Assembly (NCBI GenBank): GCA_051362555.1
Contig: CM120642.1
Coordinates: 5,022,001 to 5,086,000, forward strand
Source of the DNA: Lingula anatina
Taxonomy: Eukaryota; Animalia; Brachiopoda
DNA length: 64,000 nucleotides
Direction: 5' to 3'
The notes below the pieces were generated by a model. It was given only the letters and a program-made list of their open reading frames with translations. It had not been told where the DNA came from and did not search any database. The position numbers and the translations under genes are program-made. The number at the start of each line of letters is the position of its first letter. Positions within the stretch are counted from its first letter, which is position 1. This document shows, piece by piece, positions 1-14,100 of the stretch.

Positions 1-805
1 GTTTCTGGTAGTTTTCCTCATCTGCTGCGCTCAGAATCCAGCACTTATTATAACTCTCAAGTAAGTATAAATATGCCTCAAATAAGTATGAATTTATTTG
101 TACCTGTCCATTCATATTCAAGAAATTGAGAAGAGTTTTATAATTGAATTGGCAAATGTTCGTGAGGATTGTTTAAAGAAACACCTATTTTAAATGTTCT
201 TTAGTTTGCTATTGTTGGGTGGCTTTTTATATTGATAGAATATATGAATGGAGACATCATTTTATTCAATTTATTTTAATTTATTTATTATTTTATTATT
301 ATTTTTTACAGGAAAAGTTGTTATTAATGCTCATCCATATTAAATACTGGTACATGAAATTGATAATTTCAGGAGCGTGAGCAGTAGCAGCGAGAGGTCC
401 TTTGCCCTGGGAATGCAATACTTCCTCTTGCGTGCTGTGGCCTTCATCCCAGCACCAATCTATTTTGGCTATCTATTCGATACCCAGTGTATACTTTGGC
501 AGCCATCTTGTGAGAATGGCAAACAAGGTGCATGCTGGGAGTACAGCATTGAGAATTTGCCTTATACCATGTTTGGAATGGCGTGCGGACTTCGTATCCT
601 TGGATTCATCTTCATATTATTGACTTACATATCAATAAAAAGAGATGGACGAAGAAAAGGATGTATGCAGCTCGCTAATGGTGGAAAAGATTTAGATCCA
701 AATAAAATGGTGCACAGTGTCAGCACTGTCAGTTGCGATACCATGACCTCTAGTGTGAGCTCAGACAATGGTGTCAAGCCAGTTCGTCTGGAGACTTACA
801 TTTGA
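1..805 (+). CDS. 3' end of SLCO/OATP organic anion transporter (exons 1-60 and 373-805; 5' partial)
   Basis: Exon 1-60 reads FLVVFLICCAQNPALIITL and ends at a gtaagt donor. A phase-2 junction to the ttcag acceptor at 372 gives KSVSSSSERSFALGMQYFLLRAVAFIPAPIYFGYLFDTQCILWQPSCENGKQGACWEY, which is the OATP TM11-loop-TM12 signature (P.PIYFG..ID..C..W...C...G.C..Y). Stop at 803-805. Confidence 0.93.
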
Positions 806-3800
806 TTCATATCAAAATGATGATAGAATCAGTCTTATACTGGTAGCTCTATATCAGTTTTGTGGGCCTTGAGTTTCAGAACCATAATATCCTACCAGTG
901 TTTCATGTAAGTGTGTTTGCAGGGCTGAAGAGGGGAGTTTTTAATAAACTCTTAAAACTTCTAGTAATTATACCAGTATGTTAAATGTTAGCCTAATAAT
1001 TATTGGGTACGCCCCCCCCCCCCCCCCCCAAAAAAAAATGTGATAGCCACAATTAAATGTTTTGCCTGCCTTACCTGAAAACTTACATAAGAATATGCTT
1101 ATATATTTATCAATTCTATTTTGTAGTGTTTGTTATAATTTTATTTTCATTGTTTAAAGTTACCAGAGTTTGGGAGAGTTTTTAAGCCCGACTCTTAATA
1201 CCTCCGAGTTACTGATTCACTTTTAATGATAAGAATTAATATAGTACTTTGTTGTTAAAAAGTTCTTCCCCAGATAGTTGAAAAGCAAGAACACACAACT
1301 AAATATGTGCTTGAACATGCACGCATGCACAAACACACATTATTGCAATTTATTAAAATTGTTTCATTTTGACGAATATTTTATTTCAATTGATGATGAA
1401 GCTCCTAGGCTGTCTGCTGCACAACTGAATGTTGTGTGTGTAAGAATACCCAATAACTGTTTTTTGTGGTGATTGAATTTTTAAATAGATTATACAGGTC
1501 AAAAAAATTTTTTTTAATCTGAGGAAGAGTTTTAATATCTGAAATCTGTCCATCATATTAGCAGCCATGCTGTTCTTAACATTCCTTTTATAAATTATTT
1601 TATGCATTTTAATTATTTTTAAGACGATTGTTGTGTTGTGCTTTGGGCACAAATGAACAATTATTTGCTGTCTGTTGTGTTTTTATCAGGGAAAATCTTC
1701 TTATATCTTTACTGATTCAGAAGAAGATGAAGATTACAAGGGTAGATATAGCCTCTCACAGATGTTTAATAAAAATGTATTTTTACAATTTTTTTAATAT
1801 CAGGGCAGATAATATTGTCTACAAAGGTAAAGGAATCAAAACTGACAAAATATGTTAGAAGTAGGAAAAAAGTAGAAAAAATATATTAGAAGTAGGAAAA
1901 AGGTAGAATGAATTGTATGGAAATTAAGCAATGTAGGATTTATAAGGAACTTGCAGTTGTACTTTTCAAATAGATTCTTACAAAATTTTTGAGGTGGACT
2001 TTTAAAGCTGCCCTCGCTACCATTCCATGTTAGTTACTGTGATAATTAAGATGAAAGAAGTGTTGTTTTGCCATTGTAATAATATTGCCCATTCCTTCTG
2101 CAGGGTGACTTTGTTAGAATAGCACTAGGTCTGATAAAAGTCTTTTTTTTTTTTTTCACTTAAAGATATGAAATATTGGTTGCTGAAATACTTAATGTTG
2201 TATAGTTCCATCAGTTGTGTGCTTTCAGTAGAATGGTAGATTGGTAGTTCTTTTTTCAGCTTTATTTTAACTTAAAATGGCTAGAAAATCTTTTAAATAA
2301 AGAAGCAAAGATTACATGAACTTTATTAATGTAGAATGGATTCTTATTTTTCAATCTCATTCATTTGTGATGACTTCTGTAGTAGGGTGAGATTTACAAT
2401 AGTTGTACAATGTAACAGCTTATATCATTGGTAAAGTTTTTTTTTTTCAATCGTAAAATAAAATGCTATCATTGTAACAACACATTATATTGGCTATTTG
2501 AAGAGTATCTTTTATTGCAAAATGCAACACTCAATTTAACAAAAAAAAAAAAGTAATGATTGGTTTGTACATTATAAGCATAAAATTAAATTCTGATACC
2601 ATCAGAAGGGAAAATGCCACACAATCATCTATAACTCTTTCATAATAAATAAAAATAAATGACATAAAATATAAAAAGAGTCCTTTTACTGGTCATTCTT
2701 AAATATAAATACTAAATGCAAGGAAGTGATTATTTTACACATTTTTAATTAATGTACATATTGAGAGAGAAATAAGACACAATATCTTTTTCCATGGATT
2801 TTTCTTTAAAAAAATGTGAACAATATTATTCAGAGCCCAAATTTTACCATGGTTTCAAAAATAATGGTTTGACACCTCTTTAAGGTTCTTTCTTCAATGG
2901 GTTTTCCATGTAACAAACCAACCCTTTTCATTTTGAAAATGATTTGACACCAATTTGATAAGCAAACTCATATTTTACAGATTCTTAATTTGAAAGTTTC
3001 AAACTGAAGTAACTGGGAATTATTGTGCAGACAATGTTATGATAATTAACATAGAGATTAAGAGTTAATAAAAAACAAAGCTAAATTTGTACACTATTCT
3101 ATGGACTTAAGTTTTATATTAGCAAATTGAAATGTATGTCCATCCCTTTCCTTTAACTAACAAGGAGAATGATATAAAGTCCTTTATGTCAAGTATTCTA
3201 TCTTAGCATTCCCTCTGTAGTCCTATATTTTGAGAGGTTTTACCATTTACCATTGGAGTTAGACAGGGTTAGACAAAAACTCCTTAATTACTGTCTCTAT
3301 GGACATGCTTTTGATAAGAGAGGCATCTTCAGTGTTCACTGACTAAATTCCTCCTTAACCTGAGCACCTATGAACACACTCCAACCCCAATTAAATGACA
3401 CCACTGAGTATTTCAAAACCCTGCTATAAGTGGGTTTTTTTTAGACCTTAGTTCAGTTTTCTTTCGATAACAAGGCAAAGCGATGTCTTTGTTCAACGAT
3501 GCATTGAAATTTGGCGCTCCTAATTCCATGACAAAAAACATTTAAACCAAAATGACAGCACAGGATTGACGCCCATTGCTGTCACTTATGCCAATTTTTG
3601 TGATACAATCTTGTTTGGGATAAAGTTACATCCCATACTGATTACTATCTCACTGCAAAGTTGTTAAAATGACAATAAATACTCTGAGGGGCTTATGCCT
3701 AGCAATGATAATTATAAATGCCAATATTTTATATTTCTGAGGGGATTTGTTTTCTTTTTGTTTTTGTTTTTAAGCAGCAAAAAGGTAAATGCATTACCGA

Positions 3801-4665
3801 ATAATTTCATTTTGGGTATTTTGACATCATAAACCCTGTCAGTACCCTTAAGGGAGCTTAACTCACTTTCACACAGTTACTTCCACTCAAAACTTTGTAT
3901 GTACATAATGACTCAATCTTTTCTACTGTGAATTTCACAGATACTGTATTTTTTTAAGTCATAAGTTCTTAAAATTTGATTATTCCTATTCAATGGTAGC
4001 AACAATACTGAAAAGCAGGATACCTAATAGTTCCGTTTTATACAGTAAAAGCAACAAAAAATGTCATTTAAAAGAATACATTTTTGAAGATTCCAAAATA
4101 AGTTATCTGTAAGACTGATAATTTTCCCCATTGAAAAGACTGAATCATTACTGTACCAACCATGTTTTAATTCATCATTTGGATTGCAGGGGTTCTGTTT
4201 ATGAGATTCTCTTACATGTCTACCTCTCTTGATATACTGCTACAGATGGAATGTCAAGATAAAATGCTCAATGTGAAATAGTCTTGAGGCCAACTGCAAA
4301 TAAATTTTCAAACTGCCTTCAGTAAAAAACAGTTGTTGAAAATTCAAAGAAGGCCTAACAAACTCCCCACTTCACTCTTTCTTTTATATTCCACTGCAAG
4401 TAAGTATATTAAAATTGTTACATAGCAAAATCTTGACTGACAACATCTTACTTATTTTCTCATGTCTTGTATATGAAAAAATCAATTAAACAACTTCTAG
4501 TGGAACCTGCAAAAGCAAATCACACAATATCAATTAAAATATTCAAAAATCTTATCTGAAAACAAATGTCTACAAAGAATACGAACACAATTCACTATTA
4601 TGTCTTTTGGTGTACAAATTGCATCATCCATAAAGAATGAGTGAAAAAGTCTGTCAATATTTAAG

Positions 4666-5083
4666 TCATTTCCTGCATGTTGTTCTGGAAATCCTTCTCA
4701 AATACTGGCTTAGCCTCCTTTCTTTAGATGTTCTTCCTCTATCTAGCCATTCCACCACAAAAGACCTGTCATCTATGTAATATTTGTACCTGCAAATACA
4801 CAATAATCTTATGCATATTTTCTGCTTGTTTAGACATCTAGTTTCGGGGGCAGATCTAGAGATATTTTCTGACTGGCTTCCAAATTATCTTTATTAATCC
4901 ATCCTCCATTTTTGACAGTCTTCCAACAGAAAAAAATTATAGACACCCATCAGTGTAAACTTGAAAATCTGTCTTCCAGAAGACCACGAAGACACCCTTA
5001 ATCCGCCCCTGAGTTTTTAGACATCTTTCACTCATCGTTCTTATTTTGACTTCCATTCACATAAAATCATCCTGAGTTGCAGA

Positions 5084-5143
<60 letters not shown>

Positions 5144-8100
5144 GTATATATATATATATATTTACCTGAATCCTCTATAATCCACTGCACTGTATTTCTC
5201 TATATTTACCCATTCATATTTGAATTATCAATGTTTCGAGATAATATATACCAGTGAATTGTTCAAATTTAAAGACTCCTACTGTTACACCTACTTTGTC
5301 TGTCCAAATTTATCTGTGTATCTTCTTCCATCTCTTCCCATGATTAAGTAGCTTTTATGAATTTCAAAATGGGGACAATTGCATGCCTTCCTCTTGAAAA
5401 ATGTCAAATTCATGTCTTTGGACACTTGCTCAATGCCTGGATTACAGAAAAAGATTTTATTTTAAATTTTAAATTATCTCCTCTTTCTCAAGTTATATAA
5501 GATTCCATTAAAAGAGATAAATATAAAATACATTTATAATACCAGTCTTTTATTTTCATATTACTTAAACTGAATGTGTTATAATATTCAAAAACTTGAA
5601 GTTTGGTCCACTCACCTTGCTTTATAACTTTCTTCACAACAACTGTGATATTTACGAGACTGTTCATTTCATCTATGGATATCACCTTTGCTTTCAAAGC
5701 TGCAAATAGCAATTTACAACTTAGATGTATATGACAAAAAAATCACCAGGTCTAATGTCACTGTAGCTACCAGGTGCATGAAATGTGATCCAAAGCTTAG
5801 GCTAATGTTTCAAAAAATAACTTAAGTTTGTAAATTGGTCTGACTAAAATTTGAGACCAAAGTTTAAGTCCACTTTGAGCCAAATTAATCGGCGGTAGTC
5901 CAATTAAATAAAAATTGTCTTTTTAATAGCAAAAATAGCACAATATATGATGAAGAATAGCCCCTAGCTTTCTCTTTACTGGAAGTATTATAGTTAGCCT
6001 TGTCCAACACACTTTACTCTGCCTTCCAACTCACCGAAATCCATTGGCTTCTCAGACCCTCTTCCACATAGTTTGCGGCGCATTTTGTTAAATGAGATGG
6101 TGTACTGGAAGCTGTCTCTGGGAGTGTGGGTATAACACTTGCCACAGTTGCCTGGGGAACAATGGAGTGTTAAATATTTTTGTTTTGAAATATAGATAAA
6201 AGAATTGTTCAATATTGTCAAGCATTATTTTTCTTTTTGCATAAGTCTGAAACTAAATCCAAAAACATGCTTCTGATGTAAAGGATTTATTACTGAAAGC
6301 ATAAATTTTTCAAATAGCATAATTTTATTCTTTCAATGAAATAGAACAGTTATATGTGAAACAACAATTACTGCTAGATATCTGCAGATAAAAAGTACGA
6401 TTATAAAGCTATATTCTTTAATTAGTTGACATTTTTCAACAAAACTTTGTAATTTTTTTTCAAAATTTTTTTAAATTATCAAATTGAACTTTAGACCTTT
6501 ATACATATTACTCATAATGTCAACACCTTTTCCCTTAATTGACCCCTTGCTCCTAATTTAAGTACAGACAGCTGGGGACAATGTGTCACCTGCCTTCCAC
6601 CCCCCATGGCCCCACTAGATTGAGGTAAGGATATACTGGTACATACCCTCTGCACAAATACACTGTCCCCCTTCACACTGCACTTTAAGCAGTGGACTCC
6701 CCTTCTTTGGGTGGTAAAATTCTGTACACGTCTCAGCTGGGAAAAAACGAGTGAAATCTTTTAAGTGAATTGAGCAAATGTGGCATAAGATTTCAAAAGG
6801 TTATGGATAACTTGATGTATATCTCAACTATATGATTAAAAAATAATTGATCAATTTTTATTAACAATCAATTAAGTCCTGGCTATCAAGATGCTGCAAT
6901 TCAAATTCTCAGTCAAAAACGGCAGACTTACATGTTTCATAATAATCGTAGATTTTCACAGCTACTGGTTGTGTTCTTCCAACCCTGTGTATTTGTATAG
7001 CATCAAATTTGATGCAGTAATCCTCTGCATGGTCAACCTTGAGAAAGATTTGATGATAAGTAATTTAAAGATTTGAAATTACATTAAATGATATTTACAA
7101 TTTACTTAGCATCAGGTTAATATCATGAGCAGAGTATTGTGTGCTTAAACAAACAAACAAACAAATAAATAAATAACTGCATGCATGATTGGCCATTGCA
7201 ACGTCTTTGAATCCCCAAATTAATTTTCATAGTAAATGTACCAGAAATACAAAATTGCTCCTTCACATCTAGATTAATTACTCCTCTTATCATGTCATAA
7301 ACTTGTTATATTCAAAGAACATACCTCCTTCAGGTAAAATATGACTGCCCTGTCAGCAATCTCATATCTTTGGACTTTAGTGTTTTCCTTTTTGACAAGC
7401 TGGAATGTAAAAACTTGTTGAAAATGGCACCTTTAAGACAATAAATTAAAAATGTTTATGAATATGCACTGAGAGCTCACATACACCAGTAAGTCCTATC
7501 ATGTCATACCATGTTATGCCATGATAAAATGTCAATCAATTAATTTCGTAAGAATGTTTAATAATACATGTACTATGCAGAAATTCCATGAAAAGAAAGT
7601 ATAAAAAATATTTTTGAAAAACTTTTTCCACCCACACAATGTCCATCAGACCTTCATGTAGCAAAAAAGTAAAAAAAAAAAATGGAAAACTTGAACAATT
7701 TTCCAAAAGTATTATCCGTGCAAAACTGTTGAGAAAATAACAATATATGATAACCTGTTTTTGAGTTTACATTTTTATTGCAACTAAAAAATTTTCACCA
7801 GAACTGAAAAATTGGTTCACAGGTCACAATCTTGCCAATGGCTTTGGATACCATGGCAAAAAAATGGTGATTAAGAGAAAGGTGTTCAAATCTGTTAAGT
7901 AAATTAAAGTATTGCTATATAAAGGTTTTACACTCATTGTATGACTTAAAGATAACCCTGCATCAACCACTATCCATGTAGATCTAGGGGTACAGTGTAT
8001 TACCTCGTTTAAGTCTTCAGTGACCGCCTGGAACCCCGTGTAGAGTCCGACCTCCAAAATGGTCATCCCAGACTTTTTCCCTGGGACCAGATACCTGGCA

Positions 8101-11100
8101 CAGGCATGAATTTCAGTGACGTAACTGGAAACGCCACTCCTCGCCTGCGGTTCTGCTCTCAAGAAAACTTGTGGCTCCTCCCTTGGTCCCCCAAAACGTG
8201 AACGTCTGACTGTAGGCCGAGAGCGTGCTTGAGGTCCGAAGGAATAGGACTCCAGATGAGATTTGCGTCGTCTGGTCGGAGAGGAGATTGCAATTCTTGG
8301 TTGCACCTCTGGAAGGTCCATGGGGATTTCACCTGGGAGTGGGAACTCTGGGATGCTAAAAGCAGAGAATGTAAAAATTGTCATAAAGCAAAGCAAGCAG
8401 ACAAAATGTTTTACAAAATAACATGGAATCTCCCTAAATGTGTCATGTTTACCTTCATTTATATATTTAATAATATCATTCTTATCAAAGATGAATCACC
8501 CATTTGAGAATTTTATTGGTAAAATAACAGACATACCAAAGTACCTAATGGAATAGTCCTGTGCCAAAATAAGTTTATGCGTTTGGTAAACTGTTAGAAG
8601 CTCTTTTTTTTCCGCAAGCAAACTTTTACTCCCTTAAGACATTTCAATGTACATCAAACACCTTCACCAGTCAAATGAGAACACTGAAATCTCTCATGTT
8701 AGTTAAAGTTTACGTTTCTGGAAAAAAGAAATATATGACCTTATATGGAAAATGCCTATCTGAGAGGCACAAGTCTAAGGTAGAGTTCTCATGTGGTGAA
8801 GCATGACTGAAAATAGTCTAACTGGTAGCTGGTGCATGTAAGTAGTACTTTTTTCTGGACTAATTTGATTCCCATGTGAACATGGCCAAATGAAGGGGGT
8901 GAGGCTCAGCACTGTAATGATAGTTATTAAGAGTAAACACAGAGAAGAACAATTCGGTGGGTACATGTGCTGGTTAGCAAGTTTACAGGAATTGACAACA
9001 CCTGTTGAGATGAAAAAATGAACACATTCAAGTAAATATTGAATAAATAAAGTCCAAGACCTGTTAAGGAAAGACCAATATTGACTGGTTGCAACTGAAG
9101 ACACTTATCTATTTGGCCAGAAAGCATGACTGAGGTAAAGGATCAAATGTGAAAAGCTGAGATTGGAGATCAGTCACACAGGGATTCAAAGGCATACAAT
9201 GTGCGTCTGACCTTTTTTTTTCAAAAATGTAAACCTTTTCCAAAACTGATGAAAAACTATGGTCTATAACCAATTTTCTGAGTTTTCAATTTCTGATTTT
9301 TATCATCAAAAGTGAAATTCACCAAGCTTCATCTCTACCATGAGAGTGACTAAAACACTAAGAACCCAAATCCAGGTTATGGATCATAATTTTGTCAAAT
9401 GCCTTGGATATTGTATATTTAAGTGATGAACCCAAAAGTGATAAAATTTCCGAGCACATAAAATTTTGCTATACTAAGGTCTATGCCCATTATATGCTTT
9501 AAAGCTCACTCAGGATAAAAGCATACCTTCCAAACACTAATTCTGCACGGCGGGGCTGAACAGCAGGAAGGTCAGCAGGGGTGAGGCCCTGGGGTCTGGA
9601 AAAAGTTGACCGCCTTTTCACTATTGTTTATTTCTCATCAAAACTCACCAAAACTCTGCGAAATCATGAGCATGCAAAGATTTTTTATGTGCACTTTCCT
9701 TTGAGGTTGCTTGATTTTCACATGCATTATAGTTTCTGTCAAGAAATGAAATTCAAAGTTCAAAATAAAACTGTCAACTCTATTGATTTGTCCACACAAA
9801 ACTGCATCTTATTCAGTCTGTGTTTACACATGAACTGATCAACAAGAATGGAACATGGGCTTAACAGCAACACTAGATGGCTACTGAGGTTATGTTACAC
9901 AAAGGCATGTCAAGGCACTTTTATATCATTTCTGAAATAAGTTTTAGTTGATGTGGACAAAGCCTTATGAACACTCCAGCCAAAGATACTTGTTACTATA
10001 CATGTAGATTACTCATCCACATATGGGATCCTAACTATAGGCACAAATATCCTCCCTATCTTCTCTTGTGTCACCTCACACAAAGCACACAAGATGAAGC
10101 ATGCAAAGCAAGGCACAAACATGCAAATTATGTCAAATGTGAAAGGCAGTATTATCAATATTCTCACAAATGCAATTTTGGTCTAAAACTTAAGACCACC
10201 TGTTAAAAGCTTTTTTTTTTATTTTGAGAAAAAGGCTCCCACTGAGATGGGCTATACTCAGGTGGACCCATATCTATGCTGGAAACCAAAGCTTCACATC
10301 TTCCAGCAGGTGCAAATTTTTAAAACTCATCTCTACCTCAAAGTACAATATAAGCAGGTTTAAGTTAGATCTGATGAGAACAGGGACTATGTAAATCAGC
10401 ATGGCCATGGGGGTGGGGTGGGGGTACAGTGGGTTAGAAAGAACCACCCTTTTGACTGGAAATGGTTCACCCTGAATAAAAAAAAAAAAGAAATTCCATG
10501 CTATTTCTCAAATTGAGTCATTTTACAGGTATTTAGGCAATAAAAAAAGTCCACTTTGTAAAAAAAAAAAAGAAAAAGAAAAGAAAAGAACACCCAAGCA
10601 CACATGCACACTTTAGCTGTTTTCTACCAAAACATTTAATATTATTCTCCATTTCACAACTACATTTTACTTACCCAACACTGGCCCCATTGGCCATGTG
10701 GTCATCTAACAGGTTCTTCTCCTTACTGTTCACTGTGAGGTTAAAGCGGCAGATCTCTCCCTTTGTGGTAGGCACATTGTAACGCATTTCAACAGACATC
10801 ATACCCACACCAGAGCCCACTGTGCTGATGGTCAGCTGTCCCCCTGTTGGGGCCTGTTGATAAAAGAAGAAATAGGTCTGAGTGGCTGGGTGCTTGTGGA
10901 AACTTGTTTAATATGACATCATACGTTCACCAAAATCAAACCCATTAAGAGAGAAATAAGTGTGACCGTTCCATGTTTTCAAAAGCCAAACAGAAAAATG
11001 GGCAAGGCGTGGTTCCTAAACAACTGCATCTCAGTATGGACCATTATGAGTTTTAAGAAACAACTAATAAGCCATCATGTCAATGCAGTAAATTTGTGTC

Positions 11101-14100
11101 AAATATTCTATGGAGCCTTGCAATGGAGGTGCTGTTTTATTTTTAGTCGAAACTGTTTCCCCCACTCCAATGCTTTAGTAGTATTCACAGGGTAAAAATA
11201 TAGCCCAAAACATCTTCAGTTCACATGCTTATTGACAATTGATTACAGGGCGCTGTACTTACCACAACTTCCTGTAGAACCTCTGCATTTTCGCGTTTAA
11301 TTCTGATCTCTTTCTCGTACGTGGTGTCCACATCTGAGTGCACTTCACACTGCAGGTCCACAGTGGAGGAGTGGGTCTTAGCAGCATACTCCGCTAAAGC
11401 ATGGAGAGCCACCACTGTGTCCTGTAGGTATGCCATATAGACATTATAATATAGTGCAATACCATGTGGATTAAGCTACATACAGTTGTCTTATATTCCT
11501 TATTTAAGATATCTCAGTGTGAAGTAAAGTCAAAGAATTAATTAATGGATAAAGGAATGAATGATGTGATCAATAACAATTATGACATGTTTACTGACAA
11601 CTGTTTGTGAAAAAGAAAAAGTAAAACATACGTGTGCTTTATTAGTTCAACATGCGGGGGCATCTCGAAAGTCCGGGTTCATTGGTCCAAAAAATGCTAA
11701 CATTTTCATCAGGTTTTTAATCAAGGGTTCATTGGTCCAAAGGTTCTTTAGTAAACATTCCAATGAACTTTCAGACTATTGCTACGGCCCCACAATACCA
11801 TGTTGGTTAAGCTACTTATAGTTGTCACATATTCCTTATTTAAGATATCTCAGTGTGAAGTAAAGTCACAGAAATGGATAAAGGAATGAATAATTTTATT
11901 AATAACAATTACGACATTGTTTTTGAAGTGAACCAAGTTTTTGTGTAAGGCCAAATAAAATTTTTGAAAAAGAAAAGGTATTATTAATATATGTGGGCAT
12001 AATAAGTTCAGCATACAATCAAGATGCATTGTTTTGTAAGAAGGTTTCATCTTTCCTTACAGAAATGACCTTACTGCATTGCAACAAGCCAGGTGTCTGC
12101 CATTCAAACCTGCTACATTTTTTCACTTACTTGTGTTGACACAAACTCTCCTTTCTTCCCTCTTTGTTCTGTCAGCCACATCACGACTGGGTTGCTGAAT
12201 GTGATATCTTCAGACAGCATCTGGGTGAGGAGAGCGTAAGATGCCGTCTCCACTGCAATGGCGGAGGGGTTGTGTTTGTACTGGTATGGGATGTAGTCCC
12301 CTTCGTATCTGGAGTAAGTGTCCACTTCCCAGTACCTGTGGTTCTTAACTAGAAAATAAATAAATAAATAAATAAATAATTGATTAATTAATTAAAAATA
12401 ATCTGATAACTTCTAGTGCAAAAACTATGACTGAAATTACTTGTAAGTCTGCTATGAGCATGTGAAAATGGAAGCTAGCACCCCCCCCCCCTTCCTCTCC
12501 CTTGAGAAACAGACTGTTCGCAATTAGAATGGGGAGGGGTGTGGGAGGGCTAGCTCGATAACATTGTTTTGCACTAAAAGGTGACAAACTGTGTTTCCTT
12601 TGTGTTTTCTAACAGTGCACAATAACATTCAGATTCTTAAATGATTGAATACATTTTAAGATGCATATTGGAGATGCATAAAAGGCTGTCTACTTCAAAT
12701 TAATTCAACTTCTCATCCAATTAAAAAATCAAATACATAGTATTTTAATACTTGACTACTAATAATATAGTGTACGTCAGACAAGCACAAGACATGGGAA
12801 AAGAAAACTGCACATTCATTAACATAATTATACAGTTAATCTTTATGTGACCCAATTCATGCAATACTAACAAATTATTCAAATAACATATATAATGCCA
12901 TATTTAAATTAAATTAAGATATACAATTGTATCTTACTAAGGAGAACAAAAGGTTAAACATTAATAAATCAAAGCAAAAAAAGATAATCTTTTATATATA
13001 AACAAAAGAGACATGCACTACAAGAAAAGCAAACATAATCTACAACTAAATAACTACGTACCAGACACCCCCATACCTGGATCAAATCGAGACAAAATTC
13101 GAAGTTTTCTGTTTGCTCTATCTTTTTGTGAACTGCCAGCCAACGCCAAGGCATAAGAGATGATGGAAATAGTAAAGGGGCGGATTGGTCCAGAAATTCG
13201 GGTTTCCAGGTAAGACGTTGCCTTGCGTTGTGCTAATGTTACATCCTGAAAATATGTAACCATGACAAAATATTTTGTTATTAAACATTATTGTTCATCA
13301 GTAATAAAGTAAATATATTGTACTACAAAACCATGTGGATTGAAAATTCTTACATGAAGAAATTCATTCTAAAGAACTTCATTCTAATGAAAGGTAATTG
13401 TACGGAAATGCAGTTTAATTGTTAATTTGTAGACATAAAGGAATATAACAAAAAATCCTTTACTACAGTAATATAATGGTTTTGATTATAGATGATAAAC
13501 CCTTCACTGTCACCTGATGGCATTTAAGGTGCATATACTGTATTTTAGCAATGTATGAGGCTAAAAAGTTCAATTATCATATACAAAAAGAGAAAAACTT
13601 TATTTATTACACTTTATTTACCTCATTCTTACAATATTGTTTACACTCAGACAGGGCAATAGATACAAATGCTGTCAGGGATGCATCACCATGGAGACCT
13701 CCCTGCAAGAAAAAAAAACATTATTTCTTCTCTTTTTCTGTCATACATTGAAGATCTGAGATATTTTGTAGATCATGCCCCCAAAAGCCAAAAGAAAATC
13801 TACATATTAATGAGGGGATAACATGATTGCCATTTGGATTGTACAATGTAACAGTTAATCAGCATATTGAACCAACTTACTGTCATTTCCTTGTGGACCA
13901 CCTCACCACTCTCAAAGAAGACACCATTTGCATGTTGGTTTTTTAAGAGCCATTTGATTCCACTGCAGATGACATTGTCATCAATGTAAACATATTCTTT
14001 GGCACGGCAGAAATTCTTTACCACAAAGGCAGTCAACCTGGGAGAAAATTGCATTCTGATTGTGATATTTTTGTTTTTCATCATATTTAAGTATCTAGTA

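Noticed and set aside
1278-1858. Short ORFs downstream of SLCO and other 60-110 aa AT-rich ORFs in introns
   Set aside because: No splice-compatible context or recognisable motifs; expected by chance in AT-rich DNA.
5166-5189. 24-nt phase 2-2 microexon candidate (AVDYRGF) in the last C3 intron
   Set aside because: Good donor but a purine-rich acceptor with no pyrimidine tract, and the C345C alignment needs no insert.
8775-9127. 109-aa and 66-aa minus-strand ORFs in the C3 alpha/gamma intron
   Set aside because: The acceptor at ~9001 gives a stop in the required phase and there is no C3-like sequence.
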